Origin: Actinomycetota bacterium
GTDB lineage: Bacteria; Actinomycetota; Actinomycetes; Propionibacteriales; Nocardioidaceae
Reading direction: 5' to 3'
NCBI GenBank assembly: GCA_009701885.1
Contig: WLJH01000016.1
Coordinates: forward strand, 16,384 to 80,383
DNA length: 64,000 nucleotides
Below are positions 1 to 9,073 of this stretch, in pieces. Position 1 is the first letter of the stretch; each line of letters opens with the position of its first letter. The notes under the pieces were generated by a model. That model ran no database searches. It was not told the origin of the DNA and was given only the letters and a program-made list of their open reading frames with translations. Made by a program: the position numbers and the translations under genes.

Positions 1-704
1 ATGGCGTGACCGAGGCTGCTGATCGCCATGGCCGCGCACTCGGCGTGCCACCCGGGGCGGCCCCAGCCCCAGGGGCTGGGCCAGGCCGGCTGGTCGTCGG
101 CCGAAGGGCGCCACAGCGCGACGTCGAAGGGCGAGCGGCGTCCGGGGACGCCCTCCTGGTCGCCGTACTCCGTGGAGAGGCGCAGCGCGGTCTCCTCGTC
201 GAGCCCGGCGCGGGCGGGGACGGCCGAGCCGTCGAAGTACACGTGGCCGTCGCGCTCGTAGGCAGCGCCGGCGTCGAGCAGCGCCGCGGCCAGCCGCACG
301 ACCGCAGGCACGTGGCCGCGGGCGTGGGGGGTGAGGGCGGGTCGGGCGACGGCCAGGGCGGTCATGTCGCGGTCGAACTGGAACTCCTGCACCACCGCCA
401 GCTCGTCGTAGTGACGACCGGCCCGGGCCGCGGCCGCGGTCAGCACGTCGTCGACGTCGGTGACGTTGCGGGCCAGCACCGGCTGGGCGCCGGAAGCCCG
501 GGCGACCGAGGCCAGCAGGTCGGCCCACACGAAGGTCGCCGCGTGGCCGACGTGGGTGACGTCGTACGGCGTGATGCCGCAGGTGTAGACGCGCAGCGGC
601 GCCACCGGCAGCACCCGCGCGCCGCCGAGCACCAGCGGGGCGGCGGGGGCGAGGGTCACGGGGTAACGCCCCGACGGGCCGGGGTCGGACGCGGTGGCGG
701 GCAT
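1..704 (-). CDS. MshC/cysteinyl-tRNA-synthetase-like class I ligase, 3' end outside window
   Basis: Not in the ORF track (no stop in window). Manual translation from ATG 704 (alternative GTG 659) gives LRVYTCGITPYDVTHVGH (HIGH motif), RNVTDVDD and WGWGRPGWHAECAAM. CGITPYD is MshC-like rather than the CGPTVY of CysRS. Confidence 0.8.
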   Translation of the reverse strand, partial: MPATASDPGPSGRYPVTLAPAAPLVLGGARVLPVAPLRVYTCGITPYDVTHVGHAATFVWADLLASVARASGAQPVLARNVTDVDDVLTAAAARAGRHYDELAVVQEFQFDRDMTALAVARPALTPHARGHVPAVVRLAAALLDAGAAYERDGHVYFDGSAVPARAGLDEETALRLSTEYGDQEGVPGRRSPFDVALWRPSADDQPAWPSPWGWGRPGWHAECAAMAISSLGHA

Positions 705-758
705 GACCCGATCTTGCCCCACGCCTCGCCGAGGTGTGCGGGGGACGCGGGAGCGGGG

Positions 759-923
759 CTCAGCCTCGATCTACCGATGGTCGCCGTCGCGAGTGGCACC
801 AGGCGGGTGCGCTGGCAAGGCGAGCGCCGAAGGCGGGCACCAGGCCCGTCGAGGCGTGACAACGCCGCCAGGGCGCCCGGATGGTGTCGCGGAGCAGGCG
901 AGAATCGGTGGATCGAGGCTCAG
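759..923. repeat. 165-bp element bounded by 20-bp inverted repeats, with internal hairpins
   Basis: ctcagcctcgatctaccgat (759-778) and atcggtggatcgaggctcag (904-923) are 18/20 complementary, and pairing continues inward (tcgcc/ggcga, ggcacc/ggtgtc). Confidence 0.6.
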
Positions 924-1300
924 GCCGGACGCAGGTGGGCGCGCCGGCGCAGGGCATCGGCGTGGACGCGCTCCTGCTGGTCGCGAAGCCCCTCGAGCAT
1001 CCGGGCCACGTCGCTGCCGCGAAGGAAGGGCCTGCTGCGCGGGCGGTCGTCGTAGGCACCGACCTCGACCGCGCGCTCGACCGGCATCGGGTGGCCGAGC
1101 TGCATCTCGTAGATCGTCTCGGTCTCGGTGAAGCGCAGCCGGTCGACCGCGGCCCAGCGGTGCCGGCCGTCGAGGTCGCGCACGACCACGACCTGACCGG
1201 CCTCGAGTGGTCGTCGAGCGCCGATGAGGCGGTGCGGCACGTCGAGGTGCTCGTGCTGGTCGAGCTGCTGCGTGCTGGCAGGAACGTCCACGAGGTCCAT
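920..1300 (-). CDS. hypothetical protein (126 aa)
   Basis: GGAGG-type RBS upstream of ATG 1300, GC-typical codon use, normal amino-acid composition. Confidence 0.65.
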   Translation of the reverse strand: MDLVDVPASTQQLDQHEHLDVPHRLIGARRPLEAGQVVVVRDLDGRHRWAAVDRLRFTETETIYEMQLGHPMPVERAVEVGAYDDRPRSRPFLRGSDVARMLEGLRDQQERVHADALRRRAHLRPA

Positions 1301-1447
1301 CAGGACCCTCCCCTGGTGTGGTGCAGTGCTGGCCAGGCGTCCACCCCCATGGAACCGACCGTCTCTCAGTAGACACCCCCGGGGGTGCGGGTCTCAACGA
1401 GACCCGCCGGCCGGTCCAGACCGCGATCCGGACCCCGCTTGCCGGAC

Positions 1448-1482
1448 TAAGGGCACCCTCACCTTAGGTTTGCCTTACCTAT
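1448..1482 (+). promoter_or_regulatory. two overlapping IdeR/DtxR iron boxes
   Basis: TAAGGGCACCCTCACCTTA (1448-1466) and TTAGGTTTGCCTTACCTAT (1464-1482) each match about 15/19 of TWAGGTWAGSCTWACCTWA, and sit just upstream of an iron ABC operon. Confidence 0.85.
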
Positions 1483-1506
1483 TCTTAGCCTGCCGAGGAG
1501 AACCCC

Positions 1507-2556
1507 ATGCGCACCACCCGCGCCCTGCGACCGCTCGCCGCCGCCGGCGTCGTGTCCCTGTTGCTCGCCGCCTGCGGCACCGACGACGGCTCGTCCGCCG
1601 TGGATCCCGCCGGCAGTCCCGCTGCCGGGAGCGAGGCCGACGGGACCGACGCCTTCCCCGTCACGATCGAGCACGCCTTCGGGGAGACCGTGATCGAGGA
1701 GCGCCCCGAACGGGTCGCCTCGGTCGCCTGGATGAACCACGAGGTCCCCCTCGCGCTCGGCGTGGTCCCGGTCGGGATGAGCAAGGCCACGTGGGGCGAC
1801 GACGACGGCGACGGCGTGCTCCCCTGGGTCGAGGCCGAGCTCGAGGAGCTGGGGGCCGAGACCCCGGTCCTCTTCGACGAGACCGAGGGCATCGACTTCG
1901 AGGCGGTGGCCGACACGGCGCCGGACGTCATCCTGGCGTCGTACTCCGGCCTCACGCAGGAGGAGTACGACACGCTCTCGCAGATCGCCCCGGTCGTCGC
2001 CTACCCCGAGAACGCCTGGGGCACCTCCTACCAGGACATGATCCTGATGAACTCCGAGGCCATCGGGATGGCCGAGGAGGGGGCGGCGCTGGTCGAGGAG
2101 CTCGACGCGACCGTCACCGAGGCCTTCGCCGAGCACGAGGTGCTGGCGGACAAGAAGGTGGTCTTCAGCTACCTCGACCCCACCGACCTGAGCCAGGTCG
2201 GCTTCTACACCTCCCTCGACACCCGCCCCGCCTTCCTCACCGCCTACGGCATGGACACCCCCGACCTGGTCGCCGAGGCCTCCGAGGGGACCGACGAGTT
2301 CTACACGACGGTGAGCGCCGAGCAGGCGGACGCGTTCGACGACGTCGACCTGCTGGTGACGTACGGCGACGAGGCCTTCGTCGACGAGGTGCGCGCGGAC
2401 CCGCTGCTCTCGAAGATCCCGGCCGTGCGCGACGGCGCGATCGCCGTCCTGCCCGACGCGACCCCGCTGGCCGCCGCCGCGAACCCGACCCCGCTGTCGA
2501 TCACGTTCAACCTCGACGACTACCTCGACCTGCTCGCCGCGCCCCTCGAGGGCTGA
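1507..2556 (+). CDS. iron-siderophore ABC transporter substrate-binding lipoprotein
   Basis: Lipobox LLLAAC, TIEHAFGETVI, PERVASV, LSQIAPVV (periplasmic binding protein 2 family), RBS gaggag. Confidence 0.92.
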   Translation: MRTTRALRPLAAAGVVSLLLAACGTDDGSSAVDPAGSPAAGSEADGTDAFPVTIEHAFGETVIEERPERVASVAWMNHEVPLALGVVPVGMSKATWGDDDGDGVLPWVEAELEELGAETPVLFDETEGIDFEAVADTAPDVILASYSGLTQEEYDTLSQIAPVVAYPENAWGTSYQDMILMNSEAIGMAEEGAALVEELDATVTEAFAEHEVLADKKVVFSYLDPTDLSQVGFYTSLDTRPAFLTAYGMDTPDLVAEASEGTDEFYTTVSAEQADAFDDVDLLVTYGDEAFVDEVRADPLLSKIPAVRDGAIAVLPDATPLAAAANPTPLSITFNLDDYLDLLAAPLEG

Positions 2557-2566
2557 GCCGCCCGTC

Positions 2567-3613
2567 GTGACGCTCCTCGACAGCGACCCGTCGGCACCGG
2601 CCGCCGCCTCCCTGCGGCGGCCGGTGCCGACGCGCGCCCTGTGGGTGCTCCTCGGCCTGGCCCTGCTCGCGCTCTCCGGCGCAGCCTCGGTCGCATTCGG
2701 GGTGCGCGCCGTGGGGCTCCAGGACATCTGGTCTGGCGTCACCGGCAACACCGCGACCATCGCCGAGGCCGCCGTCGCCCAGCGGGTGCCTCGCACGGTG
2801 CTGGCCATGCTCGTCGGCGCGGCCCTGGGGGTGTCGGGCGCCGTGATGCAGGGCGTGACCCGCAACCCCCTGGCCGACCCCGGCATCCTGGGCGTCACCA
2901 CCGGGGCAGCGCTCTTCGTGGTCTCGGGCATCGCCTTCCTCGGCCTCTCCGACCCCACCTCCTACACCTGGGTCGCGATCGCGGGGGCGGCCTGCGCCGC
3001 CACCTTCGTGTACGCCGTCGGCTCGCTCGGCCGGGGCGGCGCGACGCCCCTCAAGCTGGCGCTGGCCGGCGCGGCCACGTCGGCTGCGTCCACCTCGCTC
3101 ATCAGCGCGATCCTGCTGCCCCGTATCGACGTGATGGACTCCTTCCGGTTCTGGCAGATCGGCGGCGTCGGGGGTGCAGAGACCGCCAGGACCCTGCAGG
3201 TGCTGCCGTTCCTGGTCGTCGGCGCCTTGGTGTCCTTCGCCGCGGCACGGGGGTTGGACTCCCTGGCGCTCGGCGACGAACTGGCCCGAGGACTGGGCCA
3301 GAAGGTCGGCCGCACCCGGCTCCTGGCCGCCGTCGGGGCGATCACCCTGGCCGGCGCCGCCACCGCCGTGGCCGGCCCTATCGGGTTCGTCGGCCTGGCG
3401 GTGCCGCACCTGTGCCGGCTGCTCGTCGGCACCGACCACCGGTGGCTGCTGCCGTTCTCCGCCGTCGCCGGGGCCACGCTGCTCACCGCCGCCGACGTCG
3501 TAGGCCGACTGGTGGCGCGGCCGGCCGAGCTCGACGTCGGCATCGTGACCGCGCTGCTCGGTGCCCCCGTCTTCATCTGGATCGTGCGACGACAGAAGGT
3601 GCGTGCGTTGTGA
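2567..3613 (+). CDS. FecCD-family iron ABC permease
   Basis: QGVTRNPLADPGILGV, GPIGFVGLAVPHL, TALLGAPVFI. Confidence 0.93.
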   Translation: MTLLDSDPSAPAAASLRRPVPTRALWVLLGLALLALSGAASVAFGVRAVGLQDIWSGVTGNTATIAEAAVAQRVPRTVLAMLVGAALGVSGAVMQGVTRNPLADPGILGVTTGAALFVVSGIAFLGLSDPTSYTWVAIAGAACAATFVYAVGSLGRGGATPLKLALAGAATSAASTSLISAILLPRIDVMDSFRFWQIGGVGGAETARTLQVLPFLVVGALVSFAAARGLDSLALGDELARGLGQKVGRTRLLAAVGAITLAGAATAVAGPIGFVGLAVPHLCRLLVGTDHRWLLPFSAVAGATLLTAADVVGRLVARPAELDVGIVTALLGAPVFIWIVRRQKVRAL

Positions 3614-4662
3614 CCTCCCTGCTCGACCCCACCGGGCTCACGGCCGCCGACGTCACGCGTGGCCGTCGCGCGCGACGTCGCCGCCGCGGGAGCGTGGTGG
3701 CGGTGCTCACGCTGCTCGTGGTCGCCCTGTTCTGCACCAGCCTGATGGTCGGCAACACCTTCTACAGCCCGACCGAGGTGTGGGCGGTGGTGCGCGGGGA
3801 GACGGTGCCCGGCGCCTCCTTCACCGTCGGTGTCCTGCGACTTCCGCGCGCCACCATGGCGCTGCTGGTCGGGATCGCCTTCGGCCTGGGCGGCGTCACC
3901 TTCCAGACGATGCTGCGCAACCCCCTCGCCGCACCCGACGTCATCGGCATCAGCTCCGGCGCGAGCGCCGCAGCCGTCGTCGGCCTCGTCCTGCTCGAGC
4001 TGTCCGAGACGATGACGTCGGTCGTGGCCATCACCGCCGCCCTCGCGACCGCGCTGCTGATCTACCTGCTGGCCTTCAAGGACGGGGTCGTCGGGACGCG
4101 GCTGGTGCTGATCGGCATCGGCATCGCCGCGATGCTCGACAGCGTCGTCGCCTACGTCATCGTGCGCGCCGCCCAGTGGGACCTCCAGGTCGCGATGCGC
4201 TGGCTGACCGGCTCGCTCAACAACGCCACCTGGGAGCAGGTCCGCCCGCTCGCGCTGGCCTTCGTAGTGGTCGCACCCCTCCTGCTGCGCCAGGCCAGGA
4301 ACCTCGAGCTGCTCCAGCACGGGGACGACTCCGCCGCCGCGCTCGGCGTCCGCGTCGAGCGCACCCGGCTGCTCTGCATCGTGACCGCGGTCGTGCTCAT
4401 CGCCTTCGCCACGGCCGCCTCAGGGCCGATCGCGTTCGTGGCGTTCCTCGCCGGGCCGATCGCGGCGCGCGTGGTCGGCCCGGGTGGCTCGCTCATGGTC
4501 CCCGCTGCCATGGTCGGCGCGACCCTGGTGCTCGCCGCCGACCTGGCCGGGCAGTTCGCCTTCGACGCCCGCTACCCCGTCGGGGTCGTCACGGGCGTGC
4601 TCGGAGCGCCGTACCTCGTCTACCTGCTCGTCCGCACCCACCGCGCCGGAGGCTCGCTGTGA
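3610..4662 (+). CDS. FecCD-family iron ABC permease (second subunit)
   Basis: GTG overlaps the upstream TGA (GTGA). LRLPR, FQTMLRNPLAAPDVIG, GPIAFVAF, GVLGAPYL. The track ORF 2641..4662 is over-extended. Confidence 0.92.
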   Translation: MTSLLDPTGLTAADVTRGRRARRRRRGSVVAVLTLLVVALFCTSLMVGNTFYSPTEVWAVVRGETVPGASFTVGVLRLPRATMALLVGIAFGLGGVTFQTMLRNPLAAPDVIGISSGASAAAVVGLVLLELSETMTSVVAITAALATALLIYLLAFKDGVVGTRLVLIGIGIAAMLDSVVAYVIVRAAQWDLQVAMRWLTGSLNNATWEQVRPLALAFVVVAPLLLRQARNLELLQHGDDSAAALGVRVERTRLLCIVTAVVLIAFATAASGPIAFVAFLAGPIAARVVGPGGSLMVPAAMVGATLVLAADLAGQFAFDARYPVGVVTGVLGAPYLVYLLVRTHRAGGSL

Positions 4663-5492
4663 CCGACTCCCCCACCACCACCGCCCCACGCCACCGGTTG
4701 AGGGTCGAGGGTGTCACTCTCGGGTACGGCGAGCGCACCGTCGTCGAGGACGTCGACCTCGACGTGGCGCCGGGCCGGATCACCTGCATCGTCGGCGCCA
4801 ACGCCTGCGGCAAGTCGACCCTGCTGCGCGCGATGGCCCGGCTGCTGAAGCCGCGCGCGGGCCACGTCGTGCTCGACGGCAGGGACCTCCACGCGATGCC
4901 CACCAAGCAGGTGGCACGCACCCTGGGCCTGCTGCCGCAGTCCCCCATCGCGCCGGAGGGGATCGTCGTGGCCGACCTGGTCGCTCGCGGTCGCCACCCG
5001 CACCAGGGCATGCTGGCGCGGTGGACGGCGGCGGATGACGAGGCGGTGGCCGAAGCGCTGCGTCTCACCGACACGGCTGGGCTCTCCGACCGCTGCGTGG
5101 ACGAGCTCTCCGGCGGGCAGCGCCAACGGGTGTGGATCGCAATGGCCCTGGCCCAGCAGACCGACCTGCTGCTGCTCGACGAGCCCACGACCTTCCTCGA
5201 CGTCGCCCACCAGGTCGACGTGCTGGACCTGCTGACCGACCTCAACCGGCAACGCGGGACGACCATCGTCATGGTCCTGCACGACCTCAACCTGGCCGCG
5301 AGGTACGCCGACCACCTGGTCGCCGTGCGTGCCGGCCGCATCCACGCGAACGGCGACCCGGCCGAGGTGCTGACCGCAGACGTCGTGCGTGACGTCTTCG
5401 GCATGGAGTGCCAGGTGGTCGAGGACCCGGTCTCGGGCAAGCCGATCGTGCTGCCGATCGGGCGGCACCACGTGCGCGAGCGGATCGGGTGA
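4659..5492 (+). CDS. iron ABC transporter ATP-binding protein
   Basis: GTGA overlap. Walker A GANACGKS, LSGGQRQR, LLLLDEPT, VLHDLN. Confidence 0.93.
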   Translation: MTDSPTTTAPRHRLRVEGVTLGYGERTVVEDVDLDVAPGRITCIVGANACGKSTLLRAMARLLKPRAGHVVLDGRDLHAMPTKQVARTLGLLPQSPIAPEGIVVADLVARGRHPHQGMLARWTAADDEAVAEALRLTDTAGLSDRCVDELSGGQRQRVWIAMALAQQTDLLLLDEPTTFLDVAHQVDVLDLLTDLNRQRGTTIVMVLHDLNLAARYADHLVAVRAGRIHANGDPAEVLTADVVRDVFGMECQVVEDPVSGKPIVLPIGRHHVRERIG

Positions 5493-5525
5493 GGCCGGGG
5501 CAGGGTCGTGACGACGAACCAGCCG

Positions 5526-7217
5526 TCAGCGCAGCCGCGCCACCCGGAACCGCACCCGCGACCCCTCGAGCACCTCGGCCGGCACGGTGGCGGTGTCGGC
5601 GAGGTGCGCCTCGAGCCGCGGCGTCGACCCGCCGGCCAGGAAGCGGGTGCGTTCGCGGGTCAGGAACGGCAGCCGGACCGCGGCCTCGTCCACGACGACC
5701 TCTGAGCCCGTGGGGGCGTGCACCCACCAGCCGGCGTCGGCACCGGTGAGCAGCACCCCGATCCGGTGGCCGCGGGCCAGGCGCCAGTCCTGGCCGTAGA
5801 GCGGCAGCGAGTACGCCGTCGTGCCGGCGTCCCGCACGAGCTGCGTGCCGCGGCTGAGGACCGTCGCGGAGCCGTCGGGTGCGATGTCGTAGACGAGCCC
5901 GACGAGGTTCGTGCGCGGCACCGAGGTGGTGACGGTGACGTCCAGCACCGGCTCGCCGGCGACCCAGGCCGGGTGGCGCAGCGGCGCGGAGACCGACCAG
6001 ACGCCCTGGCCCGCGTCCGGCCCGGTGGCGGTGTTGGCCCCGTCGTCGGCGTACGAGCCGGTCTCGAGGACCGTGCGGAGGGAGCGGACGTCGGCCGGCG
6101 GCCAGACCGCCTCGCGGCGCCACCGGCCGAGGTTGTCCTGCACCTGGACCCCGGGTCGGGCGGCGCGTACGGACCGTCCGCGCTCGCCGCGCAGGTGCTT
6201 GTCGAGGAACGCTTCGACCTGACGGGCGAAGACCACCGGGTCGCGGCCGACCTGGGGGCGGCCCTCGGCGTCGGTCTCCCAGCCGCGGACGTGGTCGAAC
6301 TGGCCGAACCACCCGATGTTGTGGGCGCCGCGCAGCCCCGACCAGTAGTCGAAGGCGCGGTCGGGCTTGGTGTTGGTCTCCAGGAAGCCCTGGGTCAGCA
6401 GCACCGGCAGCCGCGACCCGCGGGAGGTCGGCACGAGGTCGCGCTCGACCCAGAACGCTGAGCCCTCCACGTCGTCCTGCTGCTGGACGAGGTTGAGCGC
6501 GTGGCACGGGGTGCGGGGCGCACCGGTCAGCTGGTACTCCGGGGAATCGGCCAGCGAGCCGGGGAACAGGTCGTTGGCCTGGAAGACCACCGGGGTGCCG
6601 ACGGAGTTCGCGAAGCGCACGCCGCGGTTGTAGAGGTAGGAGTAGCCCGAGAAGACCGGCTCCATCGCGATCACGGCCTCGAGTCCGTCGGGGCGCCGCG
6701 AGACACCCATCAGCCCGGTCCAGGCGTCGTAGGACTTGCCGATGAGCGCGACCTTGCCGGTCGACCACGGCTGGTCCGCGGCCCACTCCACGGCCACCTC
6801 GACCGCACCCTGCTCGGCCGGCCCACCCCAGTCGTTGCACCCACCGCTGCCCCCGGTGCCGGGCAGGTCGACCATCACGTAGGTGTAGCCCTCGTCCAGC
6901 GCGTCGGTGAGGTCGAGGAAGTCGTAGAACCGCTCGCTCGGCGGCTCGCCCGTCGGGTCGGGGGCCGAGGCGCCCCCGGAGTGGCTGGTGTAAGGGCTGA
7001 CGGTGAGGACGACCGGGGTCTCCACGTCGTCGGCGAGCCCCGCGGGGCGCAGGACGTCGGCGTGCAGCGTGGTGCCGTCGGGGGTCTGGAAGTACACCTC
7101 GGTCCAGGTCGCGTCCTCGCGCTCGCCGGCCTGGGCCGGTGCGTGCGTGAGCGCGGGGAGGAGCAGCAGCAGGGCTGCCAGGGAGAGCAGGGCGGTGGCG
7201 AGCGGCGTACGACGCAT
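5526..7217 (-). CDS. secreted CocE/NonD (S15) family hydrolase
   Basis: Signal peptide (AQA), DGTTLHADVLRP, nucleophile motif GKSY, C-terminal PepX-type domain. Confidence 0.85.
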   Translation of the reverse strand: MRRTPLATALLSLAALLLLLPALTHAPAQAGEREDATWTEVYFQTPDGTTLHADVLRPAGLADDVETPVVLTVSPYTSHSGGASAPDPTGEPPSERFYDFLDLTDALDEGYTYVMVDLPGTGGSGGCNDWGGPAEQGAVEVAVEWAADQPWSTGKVALIGKSYDAWTGLMGVSRRPDGLEAVIAMEPVFSGYSYLYNRGVRFANSVGTPVVFQANDLFPGSLADSPEYQLTGAPRTPCHALNLVQQQDDVEGSAFWVERDLVPTSRGSRLPVLLTQGFLETNTKPDRAFDYWSGLRGAHNIGWFGQFDHVRGWETDAEGRPQVGRDPVVFARQVEAFLDKHLRGERGRSVRAARPGVQVQDNLGRWRREAVWPPADVRSLRTVLETGSYADDGANTATGPDAGQGVWSVSAPLRHPAWVAGEPVLDVTVTTSVPRTNLVGLVYDIAPDGSATVLSRGTQLVRDAGTTAYSLPLYGQDWRLARGHRIGVLLTGADAGWWVHAPTGSEVVVDEAAVRLPFLTRERTRFLAGGSTPRLEAHLADTATVPAEVLEGSRVRFRVARLR

Positions 7218-7285
7218 GCCGGGTCAACGAGCGTCCCCGCGGCTCGACACGGGCGGCCGCTGTGACGCGCGGCTACCGTGGCCTC

Positions 7286-7597
7286 ATGAGCGACGTCGCG
7301 ACCACGCATGCCCCGGACCGCACCCGCTTCGAGGCCCACCTCGGCGGGGAGCTGGCCGGCTTCGCGGAGTACCAGCTGGCCGAGGGACTCATCGTCTTCA
7401 CCCACACCGAGGTCGACCCCGCGTTCGAGGGCAAGGGTGTCGGCTCCGCCCTGGCCCGCGGGGCGCTCGACGCGGTGCGGGCCGGCGAGGAGCCCCTGGG
7501 TCCGCGCGAGGTGATCGCGACCTGCCCCTTCATCAAGGGCTGGATCGACAAGCACCCCGACTACGCCGACCTGCTGTACGGCGCCCGCGAGCGGTGA
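7286..7597 (+). CDS. small GNAT-family acetyltransferase (YjdJ-like)
   Basis: FTHTEVDPAFEGKGVGSAL, TCPFI. Confidence 0.85.
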   Translation: MSDVATTHAPDRTRFEAHLGGELAGFAEYQLAEGLIVFTHTEVDPAFEGKGVGSALARGALDAVRAGEEPLGPREVIATCPFIKGWIDKHPDYADLLYGARER

Positions 7598-8457
7598 CCC
7601 GCCCCCGGCACGCTCCCGGCCGCCGCCGCGCCCGGACCGCGTTCCTGCTCGCCCCGCTCCTCGCTCTGGCCGCCTGCTCCGAGGCGCCGGACGCCGAGCC
7701 CGGCCAGCCGTTGGACGTCACGCACGTGCACGGCCTCGCGGTCGACCCCGAGGACCCGCAACGGGTCTTCGTCGCGACACACGAGGGGTTGGGTGCCTGG
7801 ACCGAGGACGGCGTGGAGCGGGTGAGCGGGTCCACGGCCGACTTCATGGGCTTCACCATCGGTCCCGACGGCACGTTGTACGGGTCCGGGCACCCCGGCC
7901 GCGGCGAGGACGGGCCGTCGTCCTTGGGGCTCATCCGCTCCGACGACGGCGGACGCAGCTGGGAGCCGGTCTCGCTGGCCGGCGAGGCCGACTTCCACGC
8001 CCTCGCCGCCGACGACGACGGGGTGGTCGGCTACGACGCCAACACCGGCCAGCTGCGCCTGAGCCCCGACGGGGAGCAGTGGGAGGACGTCGACGCACCC
8101 GACGGCTTCCTGGACCTCGCCGCCGACCCGGCCTCCGCCCGCTTCCTCGGCACCACCGGCCAGGGCGTGCTGGTCGCCAGCGAGGACGGTGGTCGCACCT
8201 TCGACCCCGTGCCGGAGGCACCCCGGCTGCTGCTGGTGGACTTCTTCAGCGACGGCACGACCCTCGGGGTCGCGGCGGACGGCTCCTTGCAGACCGGCCT
8301 CGCCGACGGGTCCTGGGAGGATTCCGGCGCCCGCGCGGGCGAGGGGCTGCAGGCGATGGCCGTGGGACCCGACGGCACCGTGTGGGTCCTCGACGGGGAG
8401 GGGCTGCGACGCAGCACCGACCGCGGGCGGACCCTGGAGTCCGTGCCCGGCTGGTAA
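7594..8457 (+). CDS. F510_1955-like BNR-repeat (sialidase-fold) lipoprotein
   Basis: GTGA overlap, lipobox LAAC, HVHGL, ATHEGL, SGHPG, Asp-box repeats SDDGGRSW, SEDGGRTF and STDRGRTL. Confidence 0.75.
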   Translation: MTRPRHAPGRRRARTAFLLAPLLALAACSEAPDAEPGQPLDVTHVHGLAVDPEDPQRVFVATHEGLGAWTEDGVERVSGSTADFMGFTIGPDGTLYGSGHPGRGEDGPSSLGLIRSDDGGRSWEPVSLAGEADFHALAADDDGVVGYDANTGQLRLSPDGEQWEDVDAPDGFLDLAADPASARFLGTTGQGVLVASEDGGRTFDPVPEAPRLLLVDFFSDGTTLGVAADGSLQTGLADGSWEDSGARAGEGLQAMAVGPDGTVWVLDGEGLRRSTDRGRTLESVPGW

Positions 8458-8542
8458 GGCTGACCACCCGGAATGGGCGCCCCGGGGTCCGTGGAGAGAC
8501 CCCCGACCCTGGGGCGGTTGTGCCGCGCGCTTGGATGGAGCC

Positions 8543-8983
8543 GTGGTCCGTCGCGTGCTCGCACTCGCCGCAGCCCTCCTGGGGCTGCTGCTGATGCACG
8601 GCGTGGGCGCTCACAGCGCGCACGCCGGACAGGTGCACGCCTCCGACGGGCACGCCGGCGCAGTGAGCGGGCACACCGCCGAGGTGCAGGACGCCCACGC
8701 CGCGGCGGGGCACGCGTCGTACGGCGACGCGGTCCAGGCCTCGTGCCCGGGATCGTGCGCCGGCGAGGTCGCCGCCCCGCTGCCTCGGCAGGTGTCCGAG
8801 GTGCTGATGACCCTGTGCCTGACCATCCTGCTCACCGCCGCGGGGCTGCTGCTCCTGGGCGGGGAGTGGCACCGACCGTCGGTCCTACGCGCCGATGTCC
8901 CGAACCTGGCGACGCCGTGCGCGGCGACCCGGCGCGTCCTGCGCCCTCCCGACCTCCACGCACTGTCGGTCCTCCGCTGCTGA
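8543..8983 (+). CDS. DUF6153-like His-rich membrane protein
   Basis: GLLLMHG, His-rich stretch, second TM segment (LCLTILL), C-terminal PPDLHALSVLRC. Start GTG 8543 inferred. Confidence 0.65.
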   Translation: MVRRVLALAAALLGLLLMHGVGAHSAHAGQVHASDGHAGAVSGHTAEVQDAHAAAGHASYGDAVQASCPGSCAGEVAAPLPRQVSEVLMTLCLTILLTAAGLLLLGGEWHRPSVLRADVPNLATPCAATRRVLRPPDLHALSVLRC

Positions 8984-9073
8984 GGGTGGTGCCCGCCGCG
9001 CGCCCGTGAGGGCCACCGCGGCACGACCACCCCACAGCACGAGCCGTACCGACACGTACCGAGAGGAACCACC

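Noticed and set aside
759-923. SAM-type riboswitch or T-box ahead of the Cys-ligase gene
   Set aside because: I could not find the conserved SAM-I/IV cores or a T-box motif. Kept only as an unassigned structured element.
5526-7217. CocE hydrolase as part of the iron-siderophore system
   Set aside because: It is convergent with the operon, has no iron box, and nothing links it beyond adjacency.
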